Shown: positions 16,151 through 25,462 of the stretch, piece by piece
Layout: every line of letters starts with the position of its first letter
Numbering within the stretch: position 1 is the first letter of the stretch
The notes under the pieces: generated by a model
The model's database searches: none
The model's input: the letters and a program-made list of their open reading frames with translations, nothing else
What the model was told of the DNA's origin: nothing
Position numbers and translations under genes: made by a program
Origin: a virus
Taxonomy: Duplodnaviria > Caudoviricetes
Reading direction: 5' to 3' (one strand)
IMG/VR virus record: IMGVR_UViG_3300008450_000043
Coordinates: 1-59,827 of that record
DNA: 59,827 nt

Positions 16151-17665
16151 ATGAATACATCCACCAATCCCGCCACCGTCGAAACCATGAACAAGGACGA
16201 GCTCCGTCCGTTCATCCAAGGCCACATCAAGAAGCTGGCTGCTGCCAGCATCGGCAAGGAGTTCCCCACGACGGCGGCAATCACTGACATCTGCAAGTCA
16301 TTAGGGTATGATTCCGTGAGTGACATCACGGCGTATGCCCCGGTCTCTGCGATGCGCGAGGTTGCCACGAAGATCATGGGCCATCCGTTGTTCGACGGCG
16401 CGGTCCCTGCCCCTGCCCCTGCCCCTGCCGAGTTGCCCCCACCACCAGCTGAGATCAAGGTAGAAACCCTTGAGGGTGACGAGTTGGAAGACGCCTTGGC
16501 TGCTGCTGAGAAGCAGATGGCCAAGCTCCGTGAGGCTGCCGCCAAGCGTGCCACTGTGGGAGCTGTCCCGCCAGACTTGGTGGCCCGGCTTGACGAGATG
16601 GGAGCAGACATCGCCAAGCACAGCGGGCACATCACTGACCTTCACAAGACGGTTAGTGACCACGGCGCTGAGGTTGCCCGCCTCAAGCCAATCATTGACG
16701 CCATCACCGCGGCGTTGCCTTCTGCAACACCGCCACCTCCCCGCGTTGTTGCTGCCGTCGCTGCTGCCGTGTCACCCACCAAGGACCGGATGCTGGAGGC
16801 GGTGCGACCGTTCTTCACGCCGGGCATGGAGCAGACTTGTGCCATCCCTGCCGTCGTGTCTCCGCCTTCGTTCGGTAAGACGTTCATGGCAGACAGCATT
16901 GCCGGGCTGTACGAAGCCTCGTTCCTGCATCCCTTCAAGGATGACATTGACGAGATCAGCGCCCTTGTTGGCACCGTGACACCTCGTCCAGACGGCACGT
17001 TGCTGACGGCTGACGGCCCGTTGACGGCTGCCCTTCGGACAGCTGCCGCTGGCACCAAGACGCTGTTCATCGGTGATGAGGTGTTCAACGCCACCCGCAA
17101 GACGATGGAGTGGATGCTCTCCACCCTGTCACCGCGTGTCTATGACGGCAAGCGTTGCTATATCCTGCAAACCCGGCAGGTCGAAGAGGACGGCACGTTT
17201 GAGATTCTTCGCGCTCCCGTGGAGAACCTCCACATCCTGTTCATGGGTAACTTGCGGGCCTCTCCACCAGAAGCGTTTGCTTCACGCATTCAGCTCCTTC
17301 GGTTCGACTTCTCCAAGGAGTGGGCTGAGGAAGTTTGTCTAGCTCGCTTGGAGTATTTCTCCGGCGGCCTGTTCACTCCGGCAACCCCGGCAGTCAAGAC
17401 ATGGGCAGCAAAGTTTGCCCTACTCATGGAGGCCACTCGTGCCCGCTACTCCACCTTGGAGCTGGCTCGCCCGCTGTGCTTCCGTTTCCTGATTGCGGCC
17501 ATCCAGAATGTCTGCCGATGGGAGGCTAGCCCCACCGTCAAGCATCTGTCGGAGTACTTCCACAAGTATCTCCCGCAGCAGATTGCCGTCCAGAACGCGG
17601 CAACGCAGGACACCGACCCGACATCCTTTGCTCTCGCCAAGGACCTCGCCAAGCTCATGGACTAA
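16151..17665 (+). CDS. MoxR/CbbQ-like AAA+ ATPase with N-terminal coiled coil
   Basis: SPPSFGKT, LVG, DGPL, FIGDEVFN, MGN, AFASR; ATG 16151. Confidence 0.8.
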   Translation: MNTSTNPATVETMNKDELRPFIQGHIKKLAAASIGKEFPTTAAITDICKSLGYDSVSDITAYAPVSAMREVATKIMGHPLFDGAVPAPAPAPAELPPPPAEIKVETLEGDELEDALAAAEKQMAKLREAAAKRATVGAVPPDLVARLDEMGADIAKHSGHITDLHKTVSDHGAEVARLKPIIDAITAALPSATPPPPRVVAAVAAAVSPTKDRMLEAVRPFFTPGMEQTCAIPAVVSPPSFGKTFMADSIAGLYEASFLHPFKDDIDEISALVGTVTPRPDGTLLTADGPLTAALRTAAAGTKTLFIGDEVFNATRKTMEWMLSTLSPRVYDGKRCYILQTRQVEEDGTFEILRAPVENLHILFMGNLRASPPEAFASRIQLLRFDFSKEWAEEVCLARLEYFSGGLFTPATPAVKTWAAKFALLMEATRARYSTLELARPLCFRFLIAAIQNVCRWEASPTVKHLSEYFHKYLPQQIAVQNAATQDTDPTSFALAKDLAKLMD

Positions 17666-17703
17666 CCCCGTTGCAACCTTGTAACACCGAACCAAACAAT
17701 ACT

Positions 17704-18723
17704 ATGATCACACCAAACCAATTCTCAAAGGCAAAGTCTAGCGCTCTGCGCCGTAAGACTCTCGCTCCCACAGGCAAAATCCGCCAACGTGGAGGCCCCC
17801 TATGGTGGCTTTGTGCGGAGTCTCCCCTCCGCCCCGAACTTGGCAGACGGGTACCCTCTAACACGACTGTTGTCTCATCTACTGCTAAGAGTCTTCCAAC
17901 GGCTTGCTGGGAGTGGGATAAGGGGGGTCCCCGCCACCTCATCCGCATCGGAGACAGGCTAGATGAGGCTTTCTACCCGGAGACTAGTTCGACCGATGCC
18001 AAGAACATCGAGCTTGTGAAAAGCGTCATCGCTCACGAGGTCTGCCATGCAGCCTACACGAGCCTTGACAGGGCAGACATCAACCGCCGCCTTGCGGACT
18101 ACAAGCTGAAGTTCCGCTTCCATAACCTTGCGGAGGATTGCCGCATCGAGTGGAAGTATCTCAAGGAACGCGGCAAGGACCACCGCTTCGGCTGGCTCAA
18201 GCATAACGAACTGCCCGGCATGACGGCCCCGACTAACAATCCTTCTACTTATCTGTGGCAACTCAAGAGCCGTGAACCGGCGCTGTTCAAGACAATCGCT
18301 TCGGCGGCTGCCCCGCTCAAGTGGACAGGACTGGCGACATTCGTGACCGGAGTTCTTGCTGGGCATCGAGTGGACAAGGTCATCCAGAAGTTCTACCAGC
18401 GCTTTGTGGAGGCCCCCGATGAGCATGCCCTCATTCCCATCGAGAAGGAATGGGTGGACCTCTTCGGTCACGAAGTCGAGTCTGTCACGGGCGTCTCCGA
18501 CTTTGACGAGTCGGGTGGGCTTGCTGCTGCGGCTGCCGCCGCGGCAAGTGGTGGCGGAGCTGAGGGCGCATCTGCCCCGGTAAGTTCTGGCATCGGCAGT
18601 GCTGCTGCCATGGCAGAAACGGGGCCCAAGACGCAGGAGGATTTCTTGTACCCCGGTGACGTTCCCTTAGACATCCATGCCCGCATCGCTGGCTTGTCTC
18701 CTCTGTCTGCCTTCATGCACTAA
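17704..18723 (+). CDS. Zincin-like metallopeptidase (CobT N-terminal-like)
   Basis: IAHEVCH...NLAEDCRIE; ATG 17704; between AAA and vWA genes. Confidence 0.75.
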   Translation: MITPNQFSKAKSSALRRKTLAPTGKIRQRGGPLWWLCAESPLRPELGRRVPSNTTVVSSTAKSLPTACWEWDKGGPRHLIRIGDRLDEAFYPETSSTDAKNIELVKSVIAHEVCHAAYTSLDRADINRRLADYKLKFRFHNLAEDCRIEWKYLKERGKDHRFGWLKHNELPGMTAPTNNPSTYLWQLKSREPALFKTIASAAAPLKWTGLATFVTGVLAGHRVDKVIQKFYQRFVEAPDEHALIPIEKEWVDLFGHEVESVTGVSDFDESGGLAAAAAAAASGGGAEGASAPVSSGIGSAAAMAETGPKTQEDFLYPGDVPLDIHARIAGLSPLSAFMH

Positions 18724-18753
18724 CATCAACATCAACATCAACATCAACTTACT

Positions 18754-19503
18754 ATGAGCAAAACAACATTCCGTGGAGTTCGTTTCGATCAATCCCTTGC
18801 CCGGCGCGTGGCGTCTGGTTTCTCCCTCGTGTTCGAGAATGCTGAGCCTTCTCCCGCACAAGCCTCGTCTAGCGGGTCTCGTCTTCGCCTGTCGAAGGCA
18901 CTGACTCGCCAATGGGACACCGCGTTCCTCCACCTCAGTGGAGCATCCGGTGTTCGTAACATCGTCCTCGTCGTGGATATGTCTGGGTCTATGTCAGGCA
19001 TGTGGGAGACTGGTGGCAAGGAGTTCGTGTGGGGTCTGATTCTGCTGGCGCGTGAGGGCGTCATCAACCTGCGCGTGTTCCTGACTGGCAACAAGTTAGC
19101 CGAGATGCCTATCAGCATCCCGTTCATGACGTTCCTCCGACTCAATCCCTACCATGGCAAGGAGGGGTTCCGTGACACCTTGCAACACCGCGTCATTGCT
19201 CCCTTGTTGGAGCAAGCCGATTGCGTGCTGTGCTGGACGGACGGGCAACTCACTGACGGGTGCGTTGACGCGGCTGAGTGGCGGGCTCGTGGGGTCCACC
19301 TGATCGGGGCAACTCTTGCCCGCCCTAAATCAGAGGCCATGGTCCACGCCAAAGACGGCACTGCTAAGGTGATGCCCATCGTTGATGCGATGCGGACTCA
19401 CTTCCACTCTGGCTTCTCCAACCCTGATGCTGTCAATCTTGCCACGCAGATTGCCACCTACATTGCAACCACTGAACCCAAGGAGCTTCGTTCCCACTCA
19501 TGA
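18754..19503 (+). CDS. vWA-domain protein
   Basis: MIDAS VVDMSGSM and WTDG. Confidence 0.85.
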   Translation: MSKTTFRGVRFDQSLARRVASGFSLVFENAEPSPAQASSSGSRLRLSKALTRQWDTAFLHLSGASGVRNIVLVVDMSGSMSGMWETGGKEFVWGLILLAREGVINLRVFLTGNKLAEMPISIPFMTFLRLNPYHGKEGFRDTLQHRVIAPLLEQADCVLCWTDGQLTDGCVDAAEWRARGVHLIGATLARPKSEAMVHAKDGTAKVMPIVDAMRTHFHSGFSNPDAVNLATQIATYIATTEPKELRSHS

Positions 19504-19991
19504 GCCCCGCTGACGAAACCTCTCAGCAGTCCTCCCTCTCGGGGGAGGGCTATCGTCTCAATGTCTGGTTCCGTGAATCGTGGGACCAAGTCATGGAGCA
19601 ACTGCACTCTCGTGTGGATAGCCTTGTGCCCATGGAATTGTGGCGGACTAAAGTAAGCGGAGCAACCATGCCCCGTGAAGTGAATACAGTCCTGCTCAAA
19701 TACCCTGACGAGGCTACAATGTACGACTCCTACGCTGTTGCGCTCATCACCTGCCCCCCGGCAAGTGTTGCCACCGTGACTGTTTGGGCGCGTCAAACCG
19801 GTGGGCTGGCCCAAAACTCCTTCGTTGTCCCGATGCGCCCCGAGTGGACGTGCTACGGAAGCGAACCGTTCCCGCCCTTCGTCGGAGAAGATCACTCCTT
19901 CCGCACCAAGGACGGCGGGGTTTTCCTGTGGCAAACCATCCCCGAGTTCACTGCTTGGGCAACCCGAAAAGGCTATGCCAACCAACACTAA
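19500..19991 (+). CDS. Hypothetical protein
   Basis: ATGA-coupled ORF. Confidence 0.65.
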   Translation: MSPADETSQQSSLSGEGYRLNVWFRESWDQVMEQLHSRVDSLVPMELWRTKVSGATMPREVNTVLLKYPDEATMYDSYAVALITCPPASVATVTVWARQTGGLAQNSFVVPMRPEWTCYGSEPFPPFVGEDHSFRTKDGGVFLWQTIPEFTAWATRKGYANQH

Positions 19992-20442
19992 AATCTACCG
20001 TCTTGGAATCACTGTCACCTTGGCGGCTCCTCCTTTCCACACTGGGAAGATTGTAGCCAAAGCCGAGGTAGATGGGCGTCACCCTTCGGGTAGCTGCATC
20101 TCTGAACTTGTTGCTGTGCGGTGGAAGCATAACGGCAAGGCGGAGCTTGTGGACTGGCGAAGGTTAGTCACTCCAGCGCATGGCCCTTTGGGGATACGTG
20201 TCTATCAGCTTGAGCCGCGCCCCCGTTACGGAAGGATTGCGCTGCCCGGCGACAAGACCCCCGGCGTTGCTCGTCTCATGTCTGCCATCGCTCGACTCAA
20301 AGGTCGGGCGGTGGTTGTCTGGGATGACGGAACGCGCTCCATCGAGCGACTCAAAACACTCACCCACATCCCTCCGTGCTGGCCGGACGATGAGGAAGAC
20401 ACAAGCCAGTTGCAGTCTGCAACACCATCATCATCATCATGA
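19975..20442 (+). CDS. Hypothetical protein
   Basis: ATG 19975 (MPTNTK) overlapping upstream stop. Confidence 0.55.
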   Translation: MPTNTKIYRLGITVTLAAPPFHTGKIVAKAEVDGRHPSGSCISELVAVRWKHNGKAELVDWRRLVTPAHGPLGIRVYQLEPRPRYGRIALPGDKTPGVARLMSAIARLKGRAVVVWDDGTRSIERLKTLTHIPPCWPDDEEDTSQLQSATPSSSS

Positions 20443-20603
20443 AGATTCATCCAACAAACTCTGGCAACCTCATGGTTCGCCGCAATCCAAAAGCCCTACG
20501 CCTGCGCGAGACAGTCTCTGACCTCGTGCTACTATCCAACCGTGAAGCCGCGCACCTCTTGCGCCGTGCTCCCTACACAAACTTCAACCTCTACACACCA
20601 TGA
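20439..20603 (+). CDS. 54-aa hypothetical protein (not in ORF track)
   Basis: MKIHPTNSG...; ATGA overlaps at both ends. Confidence 0.55.
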   Translation: MKIHPTNSGNLMVRRNPKALRLRETVSDLVLLSNREAAHLLRRAPYTNFNLYTP

Positions 20604-20905
20604 GTGCGACACCTGAAACAACGGCGGCAATCGTTGCTGCAAACGGGGCTTGGACCTTCGACCTCAAGGAGAAGATGCAGAGGTTAGAGGAAGAGCGGGA
20701 CAGGCTGGCCGAACAACTAACCATAGTGGGGGCTGACCTCCTCCATAAGGACGTTGTTCTGCGCGAGATCAAGGTGCTTGCCGAGGGGCTACATAAGTAT
20801 GGCCCGAAGGGGACAAGCCAGCGAACAGCACGGGCAATCCTTGCTGCTCTGGCTCCTGTGCTCCCCGGCGTCGAGGCTCCACCATTCATGGACCCTACCA
20901 CTTGA
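20600..20905 (+). CDS. Hypothetical coiled-coil protein
   Basis: ATGA-coupled ORF. Confidence 0.65.
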   Translation: MSATPETTAAIVAANGAWTFDLKEKMQRLEEERDRLAEQLTIVGADLLHKDVVLREIKVLAEGLHKYGPKGTSQRTARAILAALAPVLPGVEAPPFMDPTT

Positions 20906-21182
20906 CGCGATCGGCCCAGTAGGCTGCCGACATCTTGCCTTTGGCAATGTTGTCGGCGTGCCTTGCCTTAAAAGCTTCACGGCGTTTGCGGTAGGCGGCG
21001 GATTCCCCCTCTTTTTTGGGGGAGCCGCTGACTCCCTGCTGGCCAAAGCGAATCGTCTTAATCTTGTCACCCGACTTAGCCACCACGACGTGGGACTTGG
21101 TTGGGTGGCTTGGCGTTTTCTTTGGTTTATTGTAGCCGCTTACTCCGGCGGCCTTGAGGCGAGGATCTGGTTTATTGGGCAT
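20895..21182 (-). CDS. Conserved small basic phage protein (IRFGQQG / FKARH / SAAYWA family)
   Basis: ATG 21182 (MPNKPD); motifs recognised from aquatic phage proteins; opposite strand to neighbours. Confidence 0.8.
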   Translation of the reverse strand: MPNKPDPRLKAAGVSGYNKPKKTPSHPTKSHVVVAKSGDKIKTIRFGQQGVSGSPKKEGESAAYRKRREAFKARHADNIAKGKMSAAYWADRVKW

Positions 21183-21336
21183 AGTGTGGGTGAGGGATGC
21201 CGAGACACGTAGTTCGGGCAGAGCTTTTTGCAAGGCCCGGAATTTTCTGCGCAAAAACTGTTGACGAAATTCACGACCGCTAACAACATGACACGTTGCT
21301 TTTTGCAACACCGCAACAATCAGACAAACAAACATC

Positions 21337-21693
21337 ATGCCTAGAACACTAACGATTACACCTGCTGCATCAGGGTTTCACATCTACCTTGGTAACGATT
21401 CTAGCAGTGGAGAACCACTGCTTCCTCTACTGGACGCCTGTGTAGCCACCCGCCACGAGGCCAAGGAACTTATCCTTGAGTACCTCGACGACCCCGAACA
21501 GCTTGCCCGGACCATCCTCCGCCGCTGTCCGTACCTCAAGGCGTTCGCTACTCCTACTCAACGGGCTGAGCTCATTCAAGAGGAGCTCGACTTTACCCGT
21601 CAAGTTATCAGTGAAGTTATCACTGAGGCGGAAGAGGCGATCAAACTTGAGGAAGAGAAAGCCAACCGCGGACGGCCACGTAAATCTCGATGA
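21337..21693 (+). CDS. Hypothetical protein with C-terminal AT-hook-like RGRPRK
   Basis: A/C leader; upstream TTGACG (21261) and palindrome 21295-21309. Confidence 0.7.
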   Translation: MPRTLTITPAASGFHIYLGNDSSSGEPLLPLLDACVATRHEAKELILEYLDDPEQLARTILRRCPYLKAFATPTQRAELIQEELDFTRQVISEVITEAEEAIKLEEEKANRGRPRKSR

Positions 21694-21908
21694 CTGTCAT
21701 GGAACGCCTGCTTTCCTTTGGAAAGCCCGGCTTCCGGTGGCTGGTCTATGAACACTGTGACACTGGCAATCGCCAGCTTCGGCATGCCGACCCCGACCAA
21801 CCAAACCCCGAGGTTGCCAAGGGATGGGTGCTTATCAAATCCGTGGTTCACAACCCTTCGTGGACCACTGCATCGAAAGTCTATGATCAAACTCAACTTC
21901 TCCACTAA
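21690..21908 (+). CDS. Hypothetical protein
   Basis: ATGA-coupled. Confidence 0.55.
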   Translation: MTVMERLLSFGKPGFRWLVYEHCDTGNRQLRHADPDQPNPEVAKGWVLIKSVVHNPSWTTASKVYDQTQLLH

Positions 21909-21911
21909 CCT

Positions 21912-22094
21912 ATGATTCTTACTATACCCCTCGCTGAATTTATTGCTGAACTCCAACGGCTTCATGCCCAGCAAGACAACCACCCGATGACTCAGCTGCG
22001 TGTCACTGCTGACGGCTACTCAAATGACCCCGAGCTCTTTGTCTCCTCAAACCTTCATGCTGGTGGAACCATCGTAGCAACTTGCTTCAAATGA
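21912..22094 (+). CDS. Hypothetical protein
   Basis: Tiling ORF. Confidence 0.55.
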   Translation: MILTIPLAEFIAELQRLHAQQDNHPMTQLRVTADGYSNDPELFVSSNLHAGGTIVATCFK

Positions 22095-22513
22095 CGCTCA
22101 CACCTGACCAGAAGCGTGTGGCTCAGCTGGTTCTCGACGGGCTATCATTCACGGAAATCGTCAAGGAACTTGGCGTGACTAAGATTGCCGTCGGGAACTG
22201 GCTTCGGGCTCTACGCAATAGGACGGACTGCCGCGACCGGTATGACTTGTTCATACACGCCGACAGACTTGGGCTGACCCGGCCCAACGATGACGTGTTT
22301 CTGATTAGCCGTACGCAGTTCAACCGACTGGACAGCGCACGTGGCAGTCTCACCCTGTGCAGAGCTGTTACAACCTGCAACACCGAAGCAGAGCTAGATG
22401 ATTTGCTTCGTGGTGCCCCACCTGAACACCGCTCAGATGCTGTCACTGCATGTGCCACGATGATGCGGAAACTCTTTCAAAGTACAAACCATGCCACCCC
22501 ACCTAACCACTGA
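22091..22513 (+). CDS. LuxR-type HTH protein
   Basis: LTPDQKRVAQLVLDGLSFTEIVKELGVT; ATG 22091. Confidence 0.7.
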   Translation: MTLTPDQKRVAQLVLDGLSFTEIVKELGVTKIAVGNWLRALRNRTDCRDRYDLFIHADRLGLTRPNDDVFLISRTQFNRLDSARGSLTLCRAVTTCNTEAELDDLLRGAPPEHRSDAVTACATMMRKLFQSTNHATPPNH

Positions 22514-22760
22514 TCTTATCCTCCGTATTTTCGGTTCCACTGAACCCGGAATCCGAGCACCCTCAACCTTCCCTTGCCTCGCTATCATCGTGGAGCAAGG
22601 AGCCGCCACACTTGACGATCTTGAGGAACGCCTTCGACTGGCGAGTCCCACCATCCGTGGCGCACTCACAGCCCTTGAACGAGCTGGATTTATCTCGGTG
22701 CAACGCGCTTCCAATGGTATCGGCGGCAAAGCCAAAAACATCTATCGAATCAAACCATGA
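22491..22760 (+). CDS. Winged-HTH (MarR-like) protein
   Basis: ATLDDL...LASPTIRGALTALERAGFI...YRI. Confidence 0.65.
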   Translation: MPPHLTTDLILRIFGSTEPGIRAPSTFPCLAIIVEQGAATLDDLEERLRLASPTIRGALTALERAGFISVQRASNGIGGKAKNIYRIKP

Positions 22761-23197
22761 ACGACAAAAACTACACTCTTGAGGAACTGGCGGACATTGG
22801 GGCAAAAGCAAGCTATGACCCGAAAGGTAACAACATAGTCATTTTCACCAAAGCCATTCTTGACGCCATTGGCTACGAGTTTCCCAAAGACGAGGAACGG
22901 GAGGCGTTTGATGCTTGGGCTAATGCTAACAATAAACTAGCTACCACTGCCCAATTTGAGGCGTGGAAAGCAGGCCGTGAGGAACTGCGAAAAGGATTCT
23001 GTTCCGCCCAATGCCGGGACACAAAAACGGAACCGCCATGGATTCCGTGGCATGGCACTCCGATTATCGGGCCGCAAACAAGATACGAGGTTGAGTTCCG
23101 AGGTGGCGAGAGGCGCATCTTGAGTCAAAGCGCTCTCCGCTGGATCGCACTCGACAACACAGCCGGGGACATTATTGCCTACCGCATTTTAGACTAA
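22757..23197 (+). CDS. Hypothetical protein (WIPW.G...DIIAYR module)
   Basis: ATGA-coupled; common phage module at C-terminus. Confidence 0.65.
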   Translation: MNDKNYTLEELADIGAKASYDPKGNNIVIFTKAILDAIGYEFPKDEEREAFDAWANANNKLATTAQFEAWKAGREELRKGFCSAQCRDTKTEPPWIPWHGTPIIGPQTRYEVEFRGGERRILSQSALRWIALDNTAGDIIAYRILD

Positions 23198-23210
23198 TTA
23201 GACTAATCTT

Positions 23211-23837
23211 ATGAACACAATGAATACACAACAGACCACCTCCGAGCCGTTGCCTGCATGCGCGGCAGAACCAGCGCGTGTGCTTCGGCTGACGCTGAAG
23301 TTTCCGCTTCCAGCATCCGGTATGACCATCGAACAATTTTGCACTAAGCACCACGCCTGCAAAGAGGGCAAAGAATGGGCTTTAGCCTTTTGCGCTTCGA
23401 TGAAAGAAGTGTGGGAAAAAGCCAACCCAGCTTGGCTTCTTTGGGTTGCCACGCGACCTTCGGTATTGACGGATAAAGAACTGCGGTTATTTGCGGTGTT
23501 CGCCGCTCGTCAAGTTCAACATTTAATGACTGATTCGCGAAGCATTGAAGCGATTGATGTTGCCGAAAAATATGCTCAAGACAAAGCAAGTGATGACGAG
23601 CTTGCAGCAGCACGGTCAGCAGCACGGTCAGCAGCATGGTCAGCAGCACGGTCAGCAACAACAGCAGCAGCATGGGCAGCAACAGCAGCAGCAGACGCAG
23701 CATACGCAGCAGCAAGGGCAGCAGCAGACGCAGTAGCCGCAGCAGCAGACGCAGCAGCATGGGCAGCAAGCAACCCGGCCATAAAAGAATCTCAAGCCGC
23801 ATGGCTTCGGGAAAACACCACACCTAATTTTCTATGA
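23211..23837 (+). CDS. Ala-rich repeat protein (AARSAAWSAA type)
   Basis: HHAC.EG..W, LRLFAV..AR, GCA-codon repeats; alternative start 23322. Confidence 0.7.
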   Translation: MNTMNTQQTTSEPLPACAAEPARVLRLTLKFPLPASGMTIEQFCTKHHACKEGKEWALAFCASMKEVWEKANPAWLLWVATRPSVLTDKELRLFAVFAARQVQHLMTDSRSIEAIDVAEKYAQDKASDDELAAARSAARSAAWSAARSATTAAAWAATAAADAAYAAARAAADAVAAAADAAAWAASNPAIKESQAAWLRENTTPNFL

Positions 23838-24055
23838 CAACACCAAACTCAATAGTCGAGCTTCTTCGGAAGCATCACAAAGAATCGCCTTCACAGATGG
23901 CGTTCATTAACGCAATCAAAAACAAATGCGGAGTGCATACATCCTCCGTTTATCGCTGGATCAACGGGGAAAAGTTTCCAAGTGGTCATCACATTCTTAC
24001 CCTCATTGAATACTTGAAGGAGACAGAGCAGCAAAGCCATGAAACTACTCGCTGA
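23834..24055 (+). CDS. Cro/XRE-like HTH protein
   Basis: CGVHTSSVYRWINGEKFP. Confidence 0.7.
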   Translation: MTTPNSIVELLRKHHKESPSQMAFINAIKNKCGVHTSSVYRWINGEKFPSGHHILTLIEYLKETEQQSHETTR

Positions 24056-24125
24056 TATTTTAATCGTTGTGTGGATCACCACCACGATCATCGCCGCCAT
24101 TCACTTACTTTTCAAAATCTTATGA
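24039..24125 (+). CDS. 28-aa single-TM peptide (not in ORF track)
   Basis: MKLLADILIVVWITTTIIAAIHLLFKIL; ATGA overlap with next gene. Confidence 0.5.
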   Translation: MKLLADILIVVWITTTIIAAIHLLFKIL

Positions 24126-24292
24126 GCCGTTACGGAAACTCAATGATCCCCAGTGATCGTCAATATGATGAATACTACGCAATTCGTTGCGAAGATTGCA
24201 ACGTGAAGCTCAACACCGAAGAACTCAAGCGAGGCGATCCATATCTCTGCGAGCTTTGCTTTGAACTCGAACAAGAAACCGAAGAAGAATAA
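24122..24292 (+). CDS. Small Zn-ribbon protein
   Basis: CEDC...CELC; ATG 24122. Confidence 0.6.
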   Translation: MSRYGNSMIPSDRQYDEYYAIRCEDCNVKLNTEELKRGDPYLCELCFELEQETEEE

Positions 24293-24307
24293 ACACAAAA
24301 AACCACC

Positions 24308-24589
24308 ATGAGCACACCACCACCTACACCTGAGACGGATTCAAAATCAGGTTATCCAGATGATAGCGGATGCTGGAAGTATAACGACTTGGGATTGTAT
24401 GTGGATGCCGACTTCGCACGCCGTCTTGAGCGCGAGCGCGACGAGGCGCGGGACCAGGTCCAAGCCATGCGCGAAGCCATCAGGGAAGTGTCTTTGCAAC
24501 TGACCTTTGCCGAAAAAGTGTCCGGTGCCAGCGTCCTTCACATTTATGTTTATGACGCCCTCACCAAACTCCAACCCTTCTTATCATGA
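24308..24589 (+). CDS. PTPETD/ERERD family protein, paralog 1
   Basis: PTPETD, ADFARRLERERDEAR, KLQPFL. Confidence 0.75.
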   Translation: MSTPPPTPETDSKSGYPDDSGCWKYNDLGLYVDADFARRLERERDEARDQVQAMREAIREVSLQLTFAEKVSGASVLHIYVYDALTKLQPFLS

Positions 24590-24891
24590 CCCCTACCCCA
24601 TCACGACCTACACCAGAGACGGATGCAAAAGCATCGCCCCATATCGGGTTCTATTCGTGTGCCACAGTCCCCGCCAACTTCGCACGCGCTTTGGAGCGCG
24701 AGCGCGACGAGGCGCGGGAGGAAAACGAAGCCATGCGCGAAGCTATCAGGGTGGCGCATGATTCGCTGAAAGCGATAGATAATCTCCATAATGATGACTT
24801 TCCAAGCGGAGGTGATTTTAGTGACACCGCTATCGACGCCTTGAACAAAGGCAACGTAGCCCTTATCAAACTCCAACCCTTCCTGCCATGA
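24586..24891 (+). CDS. PTPETD/ERERD family protein, paralog 2
   Basis: PTPETD, ANFARALERERDEAR, KLQPFL. Confidence 0.75.
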   Translation: MTPTPSRPTPETDAKASPHIGFYSCATVPANFARALERERDEAREENEAMREAIRVAHDSLKAIDNLHNDDFPSGGDFSDTAIDALNKGNVALIKLQPFLP

Positions 24892-25073
24892 AAACTAAAC
24901 AATGGATGGTAATTCATTCGTCCGGCAACCTTTACGCCGCTAGCAATGCCGGAACTCAAAAAGAGGCCAAGAAACGTCATTGTTCAGACACAGGCAATCC
25001 GTGGCCTGTTGCGCACAAAAACGGGGATCGCCTCGTAAAGGTAGCAATCTCAATTATCAAAGAACAGCTATGA
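24888..25073 (+). CDS. Hypothetical protein
   Basis: ATGA-coupled. Confidence 0.55.
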   Translation: MKTKQWMVIHSSGNLYAASNAGTQKEAKKRHCSDTGNPWPVAHKNGDRLVKVAISIIKEQL

Positions 25074-25462
25074 CCCCCACCCAACTCGACCACCTCAAAC
25101 TCATTGACGCACATCTTGAACGTCTCATCGGCATCGCCTCAAAGCGGACGCCGGGGGAGTGGGAATTAACTTACGAGGGGGGCAACGGTGGCGCGTCATT
25201 CCCCCGCATCATAGACCCCGGAGACTTCGCTGCGTCAGCCGCCGAAGTATCTATTGAGGACGCCTTCTTTATCGCTGCCTCCGCAGGCAACGCCGAGGCC
25301 GGATGGAGAGCAACACGGGTGGCTATTGCTGGATTGCTGACAATCGCTCAATACCAACTCGACGGCGTAATTGTTGCCGATGAGTCTTTCCTTGGGAGAA
25401 CGGCAAGGCATACGCTTGAATCCATCCTCGCCGCCTTCCCCCTCGAAACCCTCATTTCATGA
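25070..25462 (+). CDS. Hypothetical protein (TPG.W...DA.FIAA, Ead/Ea22-like)
   Basis: RTPGEW and DAFFIAA motifs; ATG 25070. Confidence 0.6.
   Translation: MTPTQLDHLKLIDAHLERLIGIASKRTPGEWELTYEGGNGGASFPRIIDPGDFAASAAEVSIEDAFFIAASAGNAEAGWRATRVAIAGLLTIAQYQLDGVIVADESFLGRTARHTLESILAAFPLETLIS

Noticed and set aside
13079-17685. CRISPR array or canonical integron attC array
   Set aside because: Repeats are short and irregularly spaced by whole genes; orientation is GTT..AAC rather than RYYYAAC..GTTRRRY; the recombinase shows no evident IntI-specific insertion
23545-23827. Poly-Q and poly-S ORFs
   Set aside because: Alternative frames of the GCA-repeat Ala-rich gene
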